From NCBI GenBank assembly GCA_011109175.1, contig RDEW01000039.1, positions 322,068 to 386,067 on the forward strand: a stretch of DNA of 64,000 nucleotides, read 5' to 3'. This document shows, in pieces, positions 25,746 through 39,352 of the stretch. A program made the position numbers and the translations under genes. The DNA comes from Dicyema japonicum (taxonomy: Eukaryota > Animalia > Dicyemida). Position 1 is the stretch's first letter; the number at the start of each line of letters is the position of its first letter. The notes under the pieces are model-generated. The model was not told where the DNA came from. It saw nothing but the letters and a program-made list of their open reading frames with translations, and did not search any database.

Positions 25746-28139
25746 AATCGGTTGTTATGCAAAAATCTCTATTCATAAATAAAATTTACAGATATGACTT
25801 ACACCATAAAAGCTGTTATTCAAATTCTTTTAGCAAATTAACTCATAGTCTATGGACGAGTTGGATAGTCTATCTCTGTGCAAACGAGATGTTCGAGATC
25901 TCTTTCTTGTCAGACCATAAGGAAACCACGTTTGAGTAAAGGATTTCTGAGACTTAGATGGATTCGAAACCGAATCCCCCACACTTCCGATGCTTCATTA
26001 CTTTGTCTTGCAATAGGAAATGCTCTCTAACAAAATCTCACAGTTCTGAAAGTACCCCCACTTAAACAGAAGCGAAGAGATTTCCTAAGAGCAGCAAGGA
26101 CACTTAAGAAACACGGGAGAAAAGACCGATCGCTCATGGAAACTGGGGTTACTTAATCACTCGTTTCTTCCCAAGACTACACGTAAACCACGTGACTTAA
26201 GAAGTACTGAAAAAAGTGTGACTATAAGAACAGTATCAGTTGGAGTTTTCCTTTTCTCGGTATACCAGGGACTCGTCAACCAGTATGGTTGGCATTATTT
26301 GAAAACCGGGACTCAAATGAAACACAGGCACTCCTTGAGGAGGTCATGAGATTTGTGAAAAAACCATTTACAAGACACGTGTGCTTATATCCGTCATACC
26401 CGTACAGAATTGGTCAATCGTTATCTCCACTTTGCCAGTCATGCGACCAGAAGACGTCTTCTTATACTCTGTTTTATTTGAATAAATGAACGTTTCCGGG
26501 TAGTCCTATAAGTGATACAAGGGTCTCTCAAATTACGTAACTGCATTTCTGAGTAATATTTGATGGGGGAGTTGGGGTAATCTGTGAAATATTATTTTAG
26601 TAACCACCACATCGATTGCTTAGAAAGGGAAAGAATTCTAGCAATTAATGCGATAAATGCTATTAGCACAACGTCCACAGTCACTAAGAGAAAAATAATA
26701 TTCCATTAGTGAGAAGGTCACGAAAGGATGTTCATTATTCACGAAGCGAGGAGACGTGCTAACCCTCCCCAATAGACGACTATAAAGGTACTCTTAATAG
26801 AGAATTCAAATGATTTCTTAGATAATCTGAGTAAAGGCTACCTTCACCTAACCACCTTGATGTTATCACTCAAATCCTTTTCGGACCACTAATGACTCTA
26901 AGGGATTCGGTAACGCCAATACTCTCAGGTGGACGCTTGACTGTAGCAGACCTGCTTCATGTTAGTGAGGTCTAACTAACTCGCAAAATGGAAGATGAAG
27001 ATAAAGTAATAATGTGGTCGAAGATAATGTGGTCGCCGATAGTGGAAGATTCTCACCAGATCGATTTCTCAGTCAGCAATGCAATTCAATAATCTGAAAT
27101 AGGTTTCGCAGGTTTTAATGAATTCTTAATTGTAGAAATAACATCAATCACCCCCCGCCCCACATAGGCGGTCAACTGAGAGGTACTATTTTTACGATAT
27201 TTGGTTGTAACTTGTACAATGACAACACTGTCGCTTTAGTTTGGGGTTGAATCGCTTACATATGTAGGGAGTAGACGCAAGATAAGATCTAGCAGTAAGC
27301 ATAAAATTGTTGTCAGGCGATGAGGACTTCAACGGAACCATCTATTTATGTTTTCGTGGACTTTAATATTTTTAAGGAGTCGAGGATTCTTGTTGGAACA
27401 TTGAAACTCCAAGAATTTTTACAATTTAAGCAAAATTGAAAACATCCGCGGATGCTGGGATACGATTAGAGGATTGTCTGGGAACATAAAGCTCCCGAGG
27501 GGAGACATGAAATCAGACTATTGGAGATATTTTGTCTACCAAACTGTGGAAACTATCAATTTGACACAAACGACAAGTCGTGCTTTTGCCTCTGTGGGAA
27601 TACAAATTCAACGATAACCCTGATGATCCCCCTTTTTACTGCAAACCCATGTCCTCAGCGGAATTGTAAATCTCTCATTCTTAGTGCTCCACTTTGATTC
27701 TTCCAGTCTGAGTTCTATCAACAAAAATGTGAGAGTTGGACTGTTATTTCCAAATTTCATTTTAGCGTCTTTACCGAGTGCTTTTAAAGATTGGAACAAG
27801 TCATTGACGTACTGGGGGGACTCATGACCCTATCGGGTTCCATAGTTAGGGGACTAAGCATAAAGACATTTCCCAATTGTTCCCGAATTCCAATCAACGA
27901 CGTGAGACATTACTTGGGTATCTCTAAATTTGATGCATGTCATATTAAAGAATTCAAGCTGTACTTACAGTCCTGTTTGGAAGGCGTACGATTGTTGTGA
28001 GGATAACTACTGGTTATTTAGAGCATGCATGGTGACACAGAAAAAAGAAGATTGTTCCTGATCGCAAACAGAAGTGGGGGATATGCTGATCTTATTAATG
28101 AACTGACTAATCATGGTTGTTGTAATGAATCGTTTAACA

Positions 28140-30135
28140 CAGGGGTTCTCAACCTTTTTTTACTCGTCGACCCCTTGACTTTTTTTTCGACCCCCCTAAT
28201 ATTTAATCGACCCCTTAAAACTTTTTTATTTAGAACAGACAATTCTAAGTAAAATTAGTTAATTATCTAAAATGAATTCATTGTTACTAATCAAATAAAA
28301 CAAAAAAAGTATATACTCGATGTTAAGTTGGTATCTTATCATAAATCTATAATAAAAAAATTAAATACCAATGGGATCCCTGTGACTGATGTTTTTTGAC
28401 CAAAGATTCGATATCTGGCTCTATTTGTGTTATTTTTAAACGAAGATCTCCTCTAAGAGACACTTACAATCTGTTTCGTTATTATTTTCGATTCTATGTA
28501 GAATGCTGAATCCGCATTCAACACAGTATGATGTAGGAAAATAGAGTAGCAATTGTGCTATTTCTGTCCACAATTTTGGATAACTCTCCTTCACTTTCAT
28601 ATTTTGCCAAAAAATAACAGGTGATTGTGAATCATTATAATATAGTTTTAATTCTGGATTGAATTTTAACATAATTAATAATTTCTTTTTGTTCTTCTGA
28701 CAAATTCGGATTAATCATCCAAGATGGAATTTCTAATTCAAGAATATCTTGGAATCGAAGAATCAAATCTTTTTCTATACTTAATAAATGTTGCAGAAAG
28801 TTGTTAATATCTTCATCATCAAATGTTTGATTAATTGAGTAAAATTCAGGAATGTTATAATAATTTCTTTATTTTCAAGTTATATTTATATAACTTAATT
28901 TTTTCGATAAATATTTGAATAATTCTTTTTCAATCTATTAACGTCACATACTTTCCCTGAAGTTCTGATAAAACTTCATTAAATTTTCCAAAAATCCAAG
29001 TCAAAAAACAATTTTTTCTTTTTCGAAACAATTAAATCTGCTAAAGTTTTATTACCCAGAAGTAAGAAAATTTACGATTTTGTCAAATAATATTGAAAAT
29101 CGTTCTAATGCATTTCCCTTTGATAACCATCGTACCTATAAAATAAAATTGGAAACTATAACCTCAGTGTGAAGCACAAAACGAACATATGTTTCTTTAG
29201 CCTCATAGCAAAATTTTCTAAAAAGACGGTCATACTTGCTGTTTGCTTTAATTTTGTTTATGGTTTTAATAACTATATTTAACGTTTCATGTAGAATTGG
29301 CGAAAGAGCTTTTGAAACAAAATGTTGTGTATGTAGAACGCAATGTATATGAATCACATTTGGACATATTTTTTTCAAATATGCCTCAAATCCTTTATAT
29401 TTTTCAACCATAGACATTGCACCATCTGTGGCACAAAAAACCAAATTTTCATATGGAATCTTCTTGTCATCCAAAAATAATTTGACTACGGAAAAAATAG
29501 AAAATCCAGTCATATCAGTTTCCAAATATTTGACGAATAATAAAGCTTCTGTAGGAATAGCATGATCGTCAAAATATCTTAAAGGGTAAGCTTCTAATAA
29601 GATTAACCTGACATATCCCATTAGAATTTATTGGTTGTCACATGTATGACTTTCGTCAATTTGAAGCGAAAAAAATAGTATTTTTTGTTTCTTTCAATAC
29701 TATTTGTAAAAACTGTCAATCGTTTTTTGTTTACGAAAAGAATCCTTTAATTCTTCAAAATACTCTAATGGTTTATCTTTTTATCCGAATGTTTACTCCT
29801 AAGATGATCCAACAATTTGGACGGTTTCATTGCATCATTTGATAACTTGTTACACAGTAAGCAATATGGTCTATTATCAAAAAAAATTTTATAAATCCAA
29901 ATTCCAAATATTCATTTTTATATTGACGAATTTTTAATGTAGAAGGACGACTCATACACAAACAAAAACATGCATGGTAATTTTAAAAATTTTAAAGAAC
30001 AAAGGTTTACCACTTTAAAAATAAACTAACTTAATTTAAATTGAAAAAGATTAAATATATTAAATTTATTTTCGACCCCCAAATATTTCATTTTCGACCC
30101 CCTTACGATCGATCTGGATTGATTTTAGACCCCTG
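28140..30135 (-). mobile_element. hAT (Buster/Charlie-type) DNA transposon with a decayed transposase
   Basis: Ends CAGGGGT...ACCCCTG are flanked by a perfect 8-bp TSD GTTTAACA (28132-28139, 30136-30143; nnnTAnnn). Transposase motifs CATDGAMSM, IHCVLH and FPTSYCVECGFS. Subterminal CGACCCC repeats at both ends. Confidence 0.9.
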
Positions 30136-30450
30136 GTTTAACACATGCTTAACTGACACCCCTGAGCATGATAACCATAGGGATCGATCCGCCGTCTACG
30201 GCCACATTTTCGTTCACACACTTCAAGGCCAACACAGTTATGCTAATTAATGGAGGAATGAGGCCAAGACATCAAGAGTGTTTTTATTTTCTTTTAGTTT
30301 CTCATGACTACCTTAAGATAATCCTGTTCCACAGTGCTGAATCACTAATGACGACATCACTCCTCAGCCGAAGATATCAGGGAAGATATCACCGACACGT
30401 CACCAAATCAGCTGGTTAATAGTAAAATCTATTTTATTAGTAAATTATAG

Positions 30451-31878
30451 TCAATCAGACCAGTTATCCTCAATTTCATCATCCTCTGAGAGCTCTAGTT
30501 TAATGGCATTGGAGATGCTCTTAACAAACGGGGTAGGCTCATTCGAAGGCGGTCTGGGAGCCTCAATCACTGGAACTGGTCCTCTCAGAGACTCTCCACG
30601 ACGTTTTAGCACTTTCCTAAGCTGGGACATCATATCATCAGGTTCTTCGACCTCCTTTGCAACCGAAACCGACTTGTGGGGTTCTTCTTCTTTCTTAGCC
30701 TTGAATCTGAACTTCTCCGAACCCCCAGCGTTAACAATCGAGTCCAAAAAGGACTTCATTGAACTCTCCATAGGTGGAGGACAAGGATTAGTGATCTCTT
30801 CTTTTGAAGCTGACTGGGGGACGATCACTTCAGAGGCAAAGGTCACTTCTTTCGTGACTTCTTGAACGGGGACCGCTGCAGGTGTTGAATTCTGCGGTTG
30901 AGAAGGTGATTGAGGAGTCAAAACAGGGACATTGCTGAAGGTCGAAGTGATGTTTGGATCCCCGACCATGCTGTCGATTATTTCGGAGTCCATTTCAGGG
31001 AGATCAACTGCAATATCTGTTAAAATTATGGAAGGAGCGATCCCGGGTTCATTCTCGTCCGCAGAATAATTCAAATCCGTGACGATCCCTGACATTTATA
31101 CAAAACTATCACCAGTAAGCTCAGGAAGACTATCGGGGACCTCGATTTGTGGTACATCCCCCAAAATAGGGTTGTAATCAAAATTCAGCTTCTGAAGCAG
31201 GTTGAACTGCTGTCCCAGAGCCACTGTCCCAGGAGCCTGGGCAGGGCCTCTTTCCGTCAGCTTTGGGCACGTGGTTTTGACGGGGTAGTTTAGTGGGTCG
31301 ACCACGGAATACTCCTTGTAACTAAAAATAATCCTGGTATCACGGATTTATCGAGGTGTTAAAAATCAGTAAGTTTGCGGTGCTATTCATGTCTCGCGGG
31401 GGAATCCCGATCCCTTCGGAAAATTCTGGAGGAACTACTCTTTGGTGGAAGAGGTCGAACGAGGCTGTAGTGAATTTCAGGACCCTTGTGGAGGAGGAGA
31501 CCGAATCCTGGGCAGCAGAGAGTTTGTATTTGAGATCAGAAGAAATGTGATTTTTGGGGTTTACAATGAAATTATTCCTCGGAGTTGAGCACGTGCGCGG
31601 AAAACTGGCGGGGGACTTTGCTTGTATTGCTTTTTTAGAGTTGTGGACTTTATTGATCCTTTCATTGACTTTTAGGATCCTTTTTTGGATATTTGATAGC
31701 CTTTCGGTCCTCGAGTCGACCTATGGATTATAGCTTAAGGGACCTGTTTGTGGATGTTAGCGATGAAGTTCCCGAATTCCTTCTTGAATTTGTCCAGAAC
31801 TACTAACGACTGGGTGATGCATTCCTCTTGGGACAGGCAGGGAGAGATTAGAGGGAGTACGGTTTGGTCTATACTCAT
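30451..31878 (-). CDS. WASHC1: WASH complex subunit 1 (WAHD domain plus VCA), 3 introns of 22-24 nt
   Basis: Uninterrupted after splicing: KKAIQAKSPASFP, EGIGIPPRDMNSTANLLIFNTSINPYKEYSVVDPL, FDYNPILGDVPQIEVPDSLPELTGIVTDLNYSAD..PGIAPS, SFLDSIVNAGG (WH2), MMSQLRKVLKRR (central) and DDEIEDNWSD (acidic Trp). Confidence 0.92.
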
Positions 31879-34800
31879 TAACACAGTAAATGTTAATTTA
31901 TATTTTTAAATTTAATATTTAAAAAAATAATATATTTTGTTTTCAATTTATATTTAAAATATTAAAGTTTAGTGATCCTTATTCATAATTTACTTTTTTT
32001 GAGTCATTGAATGCCAAAAATCAGAAAATATAACAAAATTCTTGAATTCATCGCATGTAGCGATAATGAGAACTTCCGTCATGCCAAGATCATGTTACAA
32101 CACGTGTATCACTGAGCAGACTTCATTACAACATTCAATATGCCTCGTTTTGCCGTTTTTGTACCTTGTGACTAATTTATTGAAAATTTCTATTATTTCC
32201 TCTGTGGCGCCATCAGGTTCACCTTATTCAGGAGACCCCCCAATGTTTTCCGGTATTCAAAAGGATCTATCTCTTTATTCCACCGGGAGACTATTTCACT
32301 CTCTGGCGACGAGTTCTGGATTTGACCTCAACCTCTCGTAAATGTCCTTGCGATCACTGTGCTTGGATGAGGGCTCTACTGGAAGGCGTCAGGATCACAT
32401 GACTAGTTAGTTTGGTTTTACCTTGGGCATTGATTCTCCATAGTTTAGGTGCACCTGGGCCTTGAATTGGAGAACCTGCACAAGGATCGACTATCTTCTG
32501 ATATATGGAGGATAAGTAAAAAACTATGAAGTGTCGATTGACGATTTTGAAGGATCATCCGATTTACTAAAGATCTGGTTAACTGAGTTTTGAATTTGAG
32601 CATCTATGGTGGTGAGGGTTCATATATACGGGATTCTGGTCAGTATCAGTCTGTGGCTTCAGCCTAACATAGCTTAAGTGTCAAGGGAATCTTGTGTGTG
32701 TGGTAAAACTGGTGTTAGTTCTCATTATTATGATTATGTCCCTTCAAATAGACATATCTGCGGTTAGTACCTTCTTGTAGTTTTCAACTTCTTCTCAGAC
32801 CACTGAAGGGATAATCACCGTATAATAGCCATCAATTCCTTTATGCGAAAATTACCCACCGGATATACTGCATCCTTTCAAAACATCACGTCCATTCGGT
32901 ATCGTGGGAACCTCTCCACTGGAATAGGAAACAGCGGTCCTTTTTGGATGCCGACCAAGTACGTCTCTTGAATTTGGTGGATCCCATGAAGCCTCTTATG
33001 AATTGAAGGAGGCAAGAGCAGAAAGGAATCTGCACATATAGGATGATAGTTAATATGATTCTGTCCACGTGTATGACTCCCTATCTACCAACATTTCGAG
33101 AGTGTGCATGCAGCTTTAGACAGATATCATTCGAAGGATCTTTCCTAATTAAGTATTCCACATACAAGTTGAAGTTTGAAGGAATTATTTAAGGAGGAAA
33201 GTTAAAGATAGAAACGGAGACGGAATCACATCTGGGGAACCTCGAGACTTGGTTGGCTCGAACATGCTCTCTTGGGTACAGTCGCTTGTATATATGGGTG
33301 GACATTTACATCCACTTCCAACTGCCTCAAAGAAGAGTATTGTAATTTATGGTAAATTAGATTATTACCCCAAAATAACCTACACTAAAGTGCCTCAAGG
33401 GAGTGCTCGGCCGCCGAGAATGCCGAGAGATAAAAACAAGCAAAATACACTGTCTTATCCGATGAAGTTATCTTCGTTCCGCTCGCAGTAAAACTCCCGG
33501 TTTCATTGTGCCCTAAACACTCGAGTTCCTGAGTCGACCATGGAATTGGATTTCGACACGCACTGGAGATCTCCGCGACCGCTGTTAGATATTTGAGCAA
33601 GGACCTCTGATATTTCTCTCCTTAGGAAGAATAAGGGAATTGTTTTAAAATGAGATTTTGTAGATCTATCGTGTGTATGCATCCAAGTGAGAAAAGTTCA
33701 AAATATTGATTTTTATATTAAAAAGATATTTACATGTTTGAATCAACGATTATCTTACGGATGAAACGAAAGGTCAAACTTTAAAGGGGTATTATGATTG
33801 ATTAATGCGACCTTAAAAACTTTGAAATATCTATTTCGTTGAAGAAGTCAAGTTTACCTGATCCTAAAGTTAGAAGAGTATAGCTGGCTGTGAGCTCGGT
33901 CAATAATTAATATTGGAAAACCTTCGACTTCTTCCAACCGGGACTTCCAAATCTCACTTTTACCACATTTCTCACATACGTCCTATCGTGAGAACCTTTT
34001 GAGTGTACCAGATGTCCTCGGGGATCACTCCCTTCTACTTCCAAATGCTATCAATATAATTTTTGTCCCTCTTCTCAACGAAATCAGTCTCCGCACAATG
34101 GGGTGACTTTGCTTATAAAGATCAACTCTTCCTTGTGTTCGACCACCACTGTCTTTAGAAGTTTTTTTGGAGGACTGAACATACTCGCCTCATAAATAGA
34201 AATCTCAACTAAATAAAAAAATCCTTGATCAGTTATAAAGGCATCAAAGTAAGACACGTGGTCGATTGTAAAACCATATTTACCACGTGACTAAGCCACA
34301 GAATGGATTAAATGGGAAAGTACTATTATTTCTTCAATATGATGAATTACAATTTATTATGAAAAACATGTTAGATTATGGTATATCCAGCTCCCAAGAT
34401 TGGCGTCCTTTCCACCACCAAGTCCATCCCATTTGCAGTTACGGGAACCCCTCCGATGGGATAGGAAAGAAAGATTTATCAGCCAGGAACTGGGGTCTCC
34501 TGAGACAACTAGATCACATGATGCCTCTTCGAGAAGTTGGCTTATTGCCTGTTCTTAATCTGTAACATTATAATCTAAGATTAATCAAAAAGATTATAAA
34601 ATGTCTTAAATACTACAAAATTGATAGGTTAACCACATTTTTGATTAAATAAAGAATAGTTACTTTAACTGAATTAATGAAAATTAAGTCAGATTAAAGT
34701 TGGGGGACAGTTGAAATATCACGAGTCCTCAAACGTCCAGGCACTCTTCACTAGGATGCCCATTAAATTAGAAACTTCTAGCGTATGCTTCCATTCTGCC

Positions 34801-35298
34801 TTGAAATTGAGTCACTTCCTAAGCCGTTTCTTCGTCTAAGCCTAAGTAGTTCTATGACGCAGTAGTCCAGGGTTAAAGCTCAAAAAAGTCCAACCAATGT
34901 CTTGGAAACAAAATCCGATCGATCAATGGACTCCCTTAACTTTCGCTTCTAGAATTAAGCCTCCTCTATCATTTTCTGCCCACTAGAATTCCTAGTTGGA
35001 GATAAAGCCGTGAATCCAACTCAGCAATCCAACCCGGGTCTTTGAAACAATATCCGAAACCTTGATCAGTCAACTAACAGGGACTTCTTAATTCTCGACG
35101 ACCTTGAACGAATTAAGCCTTCTCTATTTTCTGACAACTATAATCCCAGTTATCTCAAAACTAGGACTTGCAACTGAAATAAAAATTTGTATAATCTCAT
35201 ACAACGCTCTGTGCGCTTAAATTCCCAAATTGTTGTTCGTCTTATTTATTGTACGGTCATGTAATATGCATTTAACTACGCAAGTCCGTTGACTTGTA

Positions 35299-36479
35299 AT
35301 GGTAGCAGGCAGTAGTGATGTTTTCTTCAATGAGCCTTGTGAGTTCGAGGTTCTCGGTTATATTGGGAGAGGGAGATTTAGCAATGTCTTTAAAGTCAGG
35401 AAATTGGAGGACCCAGATTCAAAGAGAGTCATGGCAATGAAGATAGTGAACAAGGTAGGTCCCCATTTCAGGTTTAGAAGCACGTGGTGGACAATTTCAA
35501 AAACATTGACAATTTGAACAATGAAAGATCTGTTTTGTCTTCGATTCCCTCACACGAATTCATCGTGGAGTTGTTCTACTCATTTCAGAGCGAAAAGCGC
35601 ATTTTCTTTCTCATGGAGTTTGTCCCTGGAGGAGACCTCTTTGATCTCCTAGACAAATTCTACAAGCTGGACCTCGAAGAAGTCAGATTCATCATCTCAG
35701 AGATCATCCTCGCTTTGGAGCATTTGCATAACCTATTCATAATTTACCGAGATCTTAAGCCGGAAAATATTATGTTTGACTTAATGGGTCACGTGAAACT
35801 GATTGATCTCGGTATGTGCAAGACCGAAATGAAGTCGGAGACCAAAACCTACACGTTCTGCGGGACTCTCGACTACATGTATGCCTCGTTCTTACGGTAT
35901 TTTAGGTCCCCGGAAATCATATCTAAGACAGGTTATGGACTCCCTGCAGATCTATGGGCCCTTGGAGCCACTGCGTATGATATGGCCTGTGGGACGGTAT
36001 TTATGTGACTAAAGCTAGCCTCCTTTCTACTCTGATTTCAGACACGTGACAAAAGACAAGATATTACACTCTGATGTGATTTTTCCTGTTCATTTAAGCG
36101 ATGATAATTTTCGAGATCTAATTTTAAAGGTTTTATTATGTTTATAAATTTCAGCTAATGAATAAAAATCCTAATGACAGAATTTCCATGAAGGAGGTCA
36201 AATCTCATCCGTTCTTTAATGCGATTAACTGGAATGACGTAATTGACAAAAAATTGACACCACTTAGAAACTTTAAGGTTTAAATTTAAATTTATTTAAT
36301 AATTTAAATTTAATTACAATTTAAACAATTATAATATATAATTTAATCTACTATAGAGTTCCAAAACTCAAAATTTTGCTCCTAGAATCAAAAAATCAAT
36401 GATTACTTTTGTTCCAGAAAATAAAACTGATAAAATATTCAAGGACTTTGATTTCTTCAGAGAACGTGTATTTTACTAG
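35299..36479 (+). CDS. AGC-family Ser/Thr kinase, S6K-like, 5 introns (22-27 nt and one of 79 nt)
   Basis: GRGRFS, MAMK, FIVELFYSFQSEKRIFFLMEFVPGGDLF, YRDLKPEN, DLGMCK, TYTFCGTLDYMSPE, PPF, HPFFNAINW and a C-tail IFKDFDFF. No frameshift after splicing. Confidence 0.88.
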
Positions 36480-36599
36480 AAAAAACACACGAATTGACAA
36501 TATACAATCTTTAAACAATTTTGTTTATTTTGCTTTAATTTTGTTAAAACCCCAAGGATTGTGGTTCTTCAAACTCACCGTCTTCGTAGTCATATTCGG

Positions 36600-37756
36600 G
36601 AGTGATATGTAGGCTACTGATTTCTCAGCAGTTAAAACCCTTTTATGTTTGGGGATGTGGAAAGGGAAAGAAGACAGACGGGATAACGATCACAAGAAAG
36701 ATTTATAGTATGGGAGATCGCGTGCCTAAAGTCCTTCACTGGCTTTGTGTGTTGTCGCATGCAATTACGGGTACACTAAAATAAACCTTACAGTATTTGA
36801 CCTTGATGCTACAGACACTTGTTAAAAAATTTTAGCTATATGACATATTTAAAATTCTACTTAAAAACCTAACCGTAAAGAATATCATTTAAAATAATAA
36901 AATTTTTGATTTTTTTCAACAATATGAATAATTCGGAATGCGGTACGCGCCAGTTATGTTGTCGCAAAATCGTAAAAACCATTTACAGGTGGAAATTTTA
37001 TTAAAGACTGTCTTTTAAAAGTCAGTGAAATAATTTTCCCCGAGAAAAGATTCTTTTTGAGAGTCTGAGTTTATCACCAAATATTGTTATCAAATTCAAG
37101 CTTACATTAATACTACTAAAGATTTTGATAGTTTTTCTCCTGCACTTGATGAAAGTACATTTATTAAAGTCACTTCTTTTGTGCTGTATTTATTCGTGGG
37201 GTGAATAAAACTGATGTTATTGAAGAATTATTAGATCTGCTTCCATTGAAAGGAAGAGTGACGGGTAAGGAAATATTTAAAAGAAATGTGCATTGAACGA
37301 ACTTGACTGGTTTATCAAAACTTGTTTCAGTGGTAATAGACGGTGCACCTGCAATGTGTTCTAACCGAGTGGGATTGATCGGACTTGTTAAAAATAAACT
37401 TGGCACCATTGGTATATCTATCTCTGCAATACATTGTATTGTCCATCAAGCGGCACTATGGAAAAAATATTAATGATGTTGATGAATGTCGTCGTTAAGT
37501 GTGTTAACGACAAGGCAATTTACAAGAGAGATCCTGTCAATCACGGACAGTGAATATGGAGAATTGTTGTATTATGTTATTAATAAAATGATAAGGACAA
37601 AACATTAGTTAGCTGCCGTTTTACGTTTAAATAATAAATTAATTTTTTTTTGTAAATTTAAAAGTTAAAAAAATTATTAATTTAATCTCAAAAAATAACC
37701 CAAAAAATTACGGGTAATAAAATGGCCCATGCATTGATTTGAGTTTGAGACCCCTG
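36600..37756 (+). mobile_element. Decayed hAT transposon (GTF2IRD2/EPM2AIP1-SPIN type), right TIR present
   Basis: Frames read FSPALDEST..FIRGVN..EELLDLLPLKGRVTG..KLVSVVIDGAPAM..HCIVHQAAL. The right end gtttgagacccctg (37743-37756) is a CAGGGG-type hAT TIR. Left TIR and TSD not found. Confidence 0.8.
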
Positions 37757-39352
37757 TTTTAATGTAACCATAATGGCATGCGACGAGAAAATCGAATACT
37801 CAATCCTGGGAGAAATTGTTGTTTCAACCTCGACGAAAAATATATAAATATATCATCCCGTCTAAGAAATCGAAAAACTACCACACACGAGTTGGCGACC
37901 CTCGAATGTGCGCTGGTTTCGACAGCATCTCGGATTGTGAATTGTCTATTGCCAAATCGGGTACAAAGATTTTTGAAATTAAGTTTTTTTTACGACTCAA
38001 AAGAACTCAGACTTGAAGAGGACATGTTCAAAGATTTCAACCTCTATATTCTAGAAATAAAGAACACGCGGGCCAAGTTGCCGAATGTTGAATCTCTGGT
38101 CACGTGGCTGTTCGAGATCTGTGAGGCGGTTTTGTAGCAATACAATCAATTTTCGAGTACATTGGACGCTCGAATGTTGCATCGGAGAATCCTTTGAGTT
38201 TAGAGATCATCGATTATTACTGTAATAAACATGAATCAGGCTCAATAGCCTTAGTAGGTAGAGTAGAGTTAGTCACGAGGCATAGAAAGTATCTAACTCC
38301 TTAATACGTGTCTACTCTCTGATCACATTCTGCATGCGCTGGGGGATGAAAAACCAAAGAAGCGCTAGATATACGAAGGTTTCGGATAGGAAGAACTTAA
38401 AGAAGGACTATCAACACTGATGTGGCCAAAATGGAGTCATAATAAGGTGGATTCCATGATCGATGTATATCTCATTTTGATTGGATAACTCGATAATGCT
38501 GTGAAGATGTCAGATTTTCAAGTCTCTTTTTTTCCTATTGAAATTCACTTCTAATCACACGTTGGCACAAACATAATTTCTAAAATACTAAACCCATGTG
38601 AGTCACGTGCTGGACTTTTCACTAAAGTCTCTCCCAGACGGCCTGATCCACTGTAAACGGAACATACGAAGGCACATCCTAGGGTTTCTAGCAGAAATTC
38701 ATCATCTCCTGCTCCACATTCCTCTAATCGGGCCTCATCCGGAAGGCAAACTTTATGGCCGGTCTCCTCGTATTCTCCAATACTCTTAATGTGTATATAA
38801 CCTCTTGTCCCCTTTTTGAACTTGGAGGAATAAGGAAGCAGCAGATTCACCAATGCCTAGTCTCGAATCTTGCCTGACCTAATTTGGAAGAACCCGGGGG
38901 AGTCTGTTTTGAAGAGGAAGAAGAGAATTAGTAATCTGTTCCCAAATATGTGGTTTGGCGTAGAAATGATATTGAATTGAGGGTTTGATATCAAAAACAG
39001 TTTTTAGACAAGCAGAGTGTCGGTCTTAATACCAGATCGCTTATCCATAAAGGGACACTTATGAAGAGGAGAGTCATGGGGGAACAACCAAGGGGAGTCA
39101 ATGAATCTTGAAGATAAAATAGCTAAAATGAGCTTTAAAATCTTTTGGTGGTCAAAGGATTAATGATGGTCCCCAAAAAGTGAAGAACATCAAGTCTGTA
39201 GTACTTTTGTAATATACAGAACCAAAAATCGTGCAAACACGGTTTATTTGAACTTTCTGAATAAATTTATTTTAAACACGAATAAATGAAATTTAGGACC
39301 AAAATTCGTCAAAAATAATAACTCATAATCAGTAATCTCTTAAAAGTTATGG

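Noticed and set aside
26514-26545. TACAAGGGTCTCTCAAA resembling a mariner TIR
   Set aside because: No partner TIR or transposase identified.
26900-26945. GFGNANTLR resembling the myosin FGNAKT motif
   Set aside because: No NSSRFG or other myosin motif nearby and a stop follows; likely chance.
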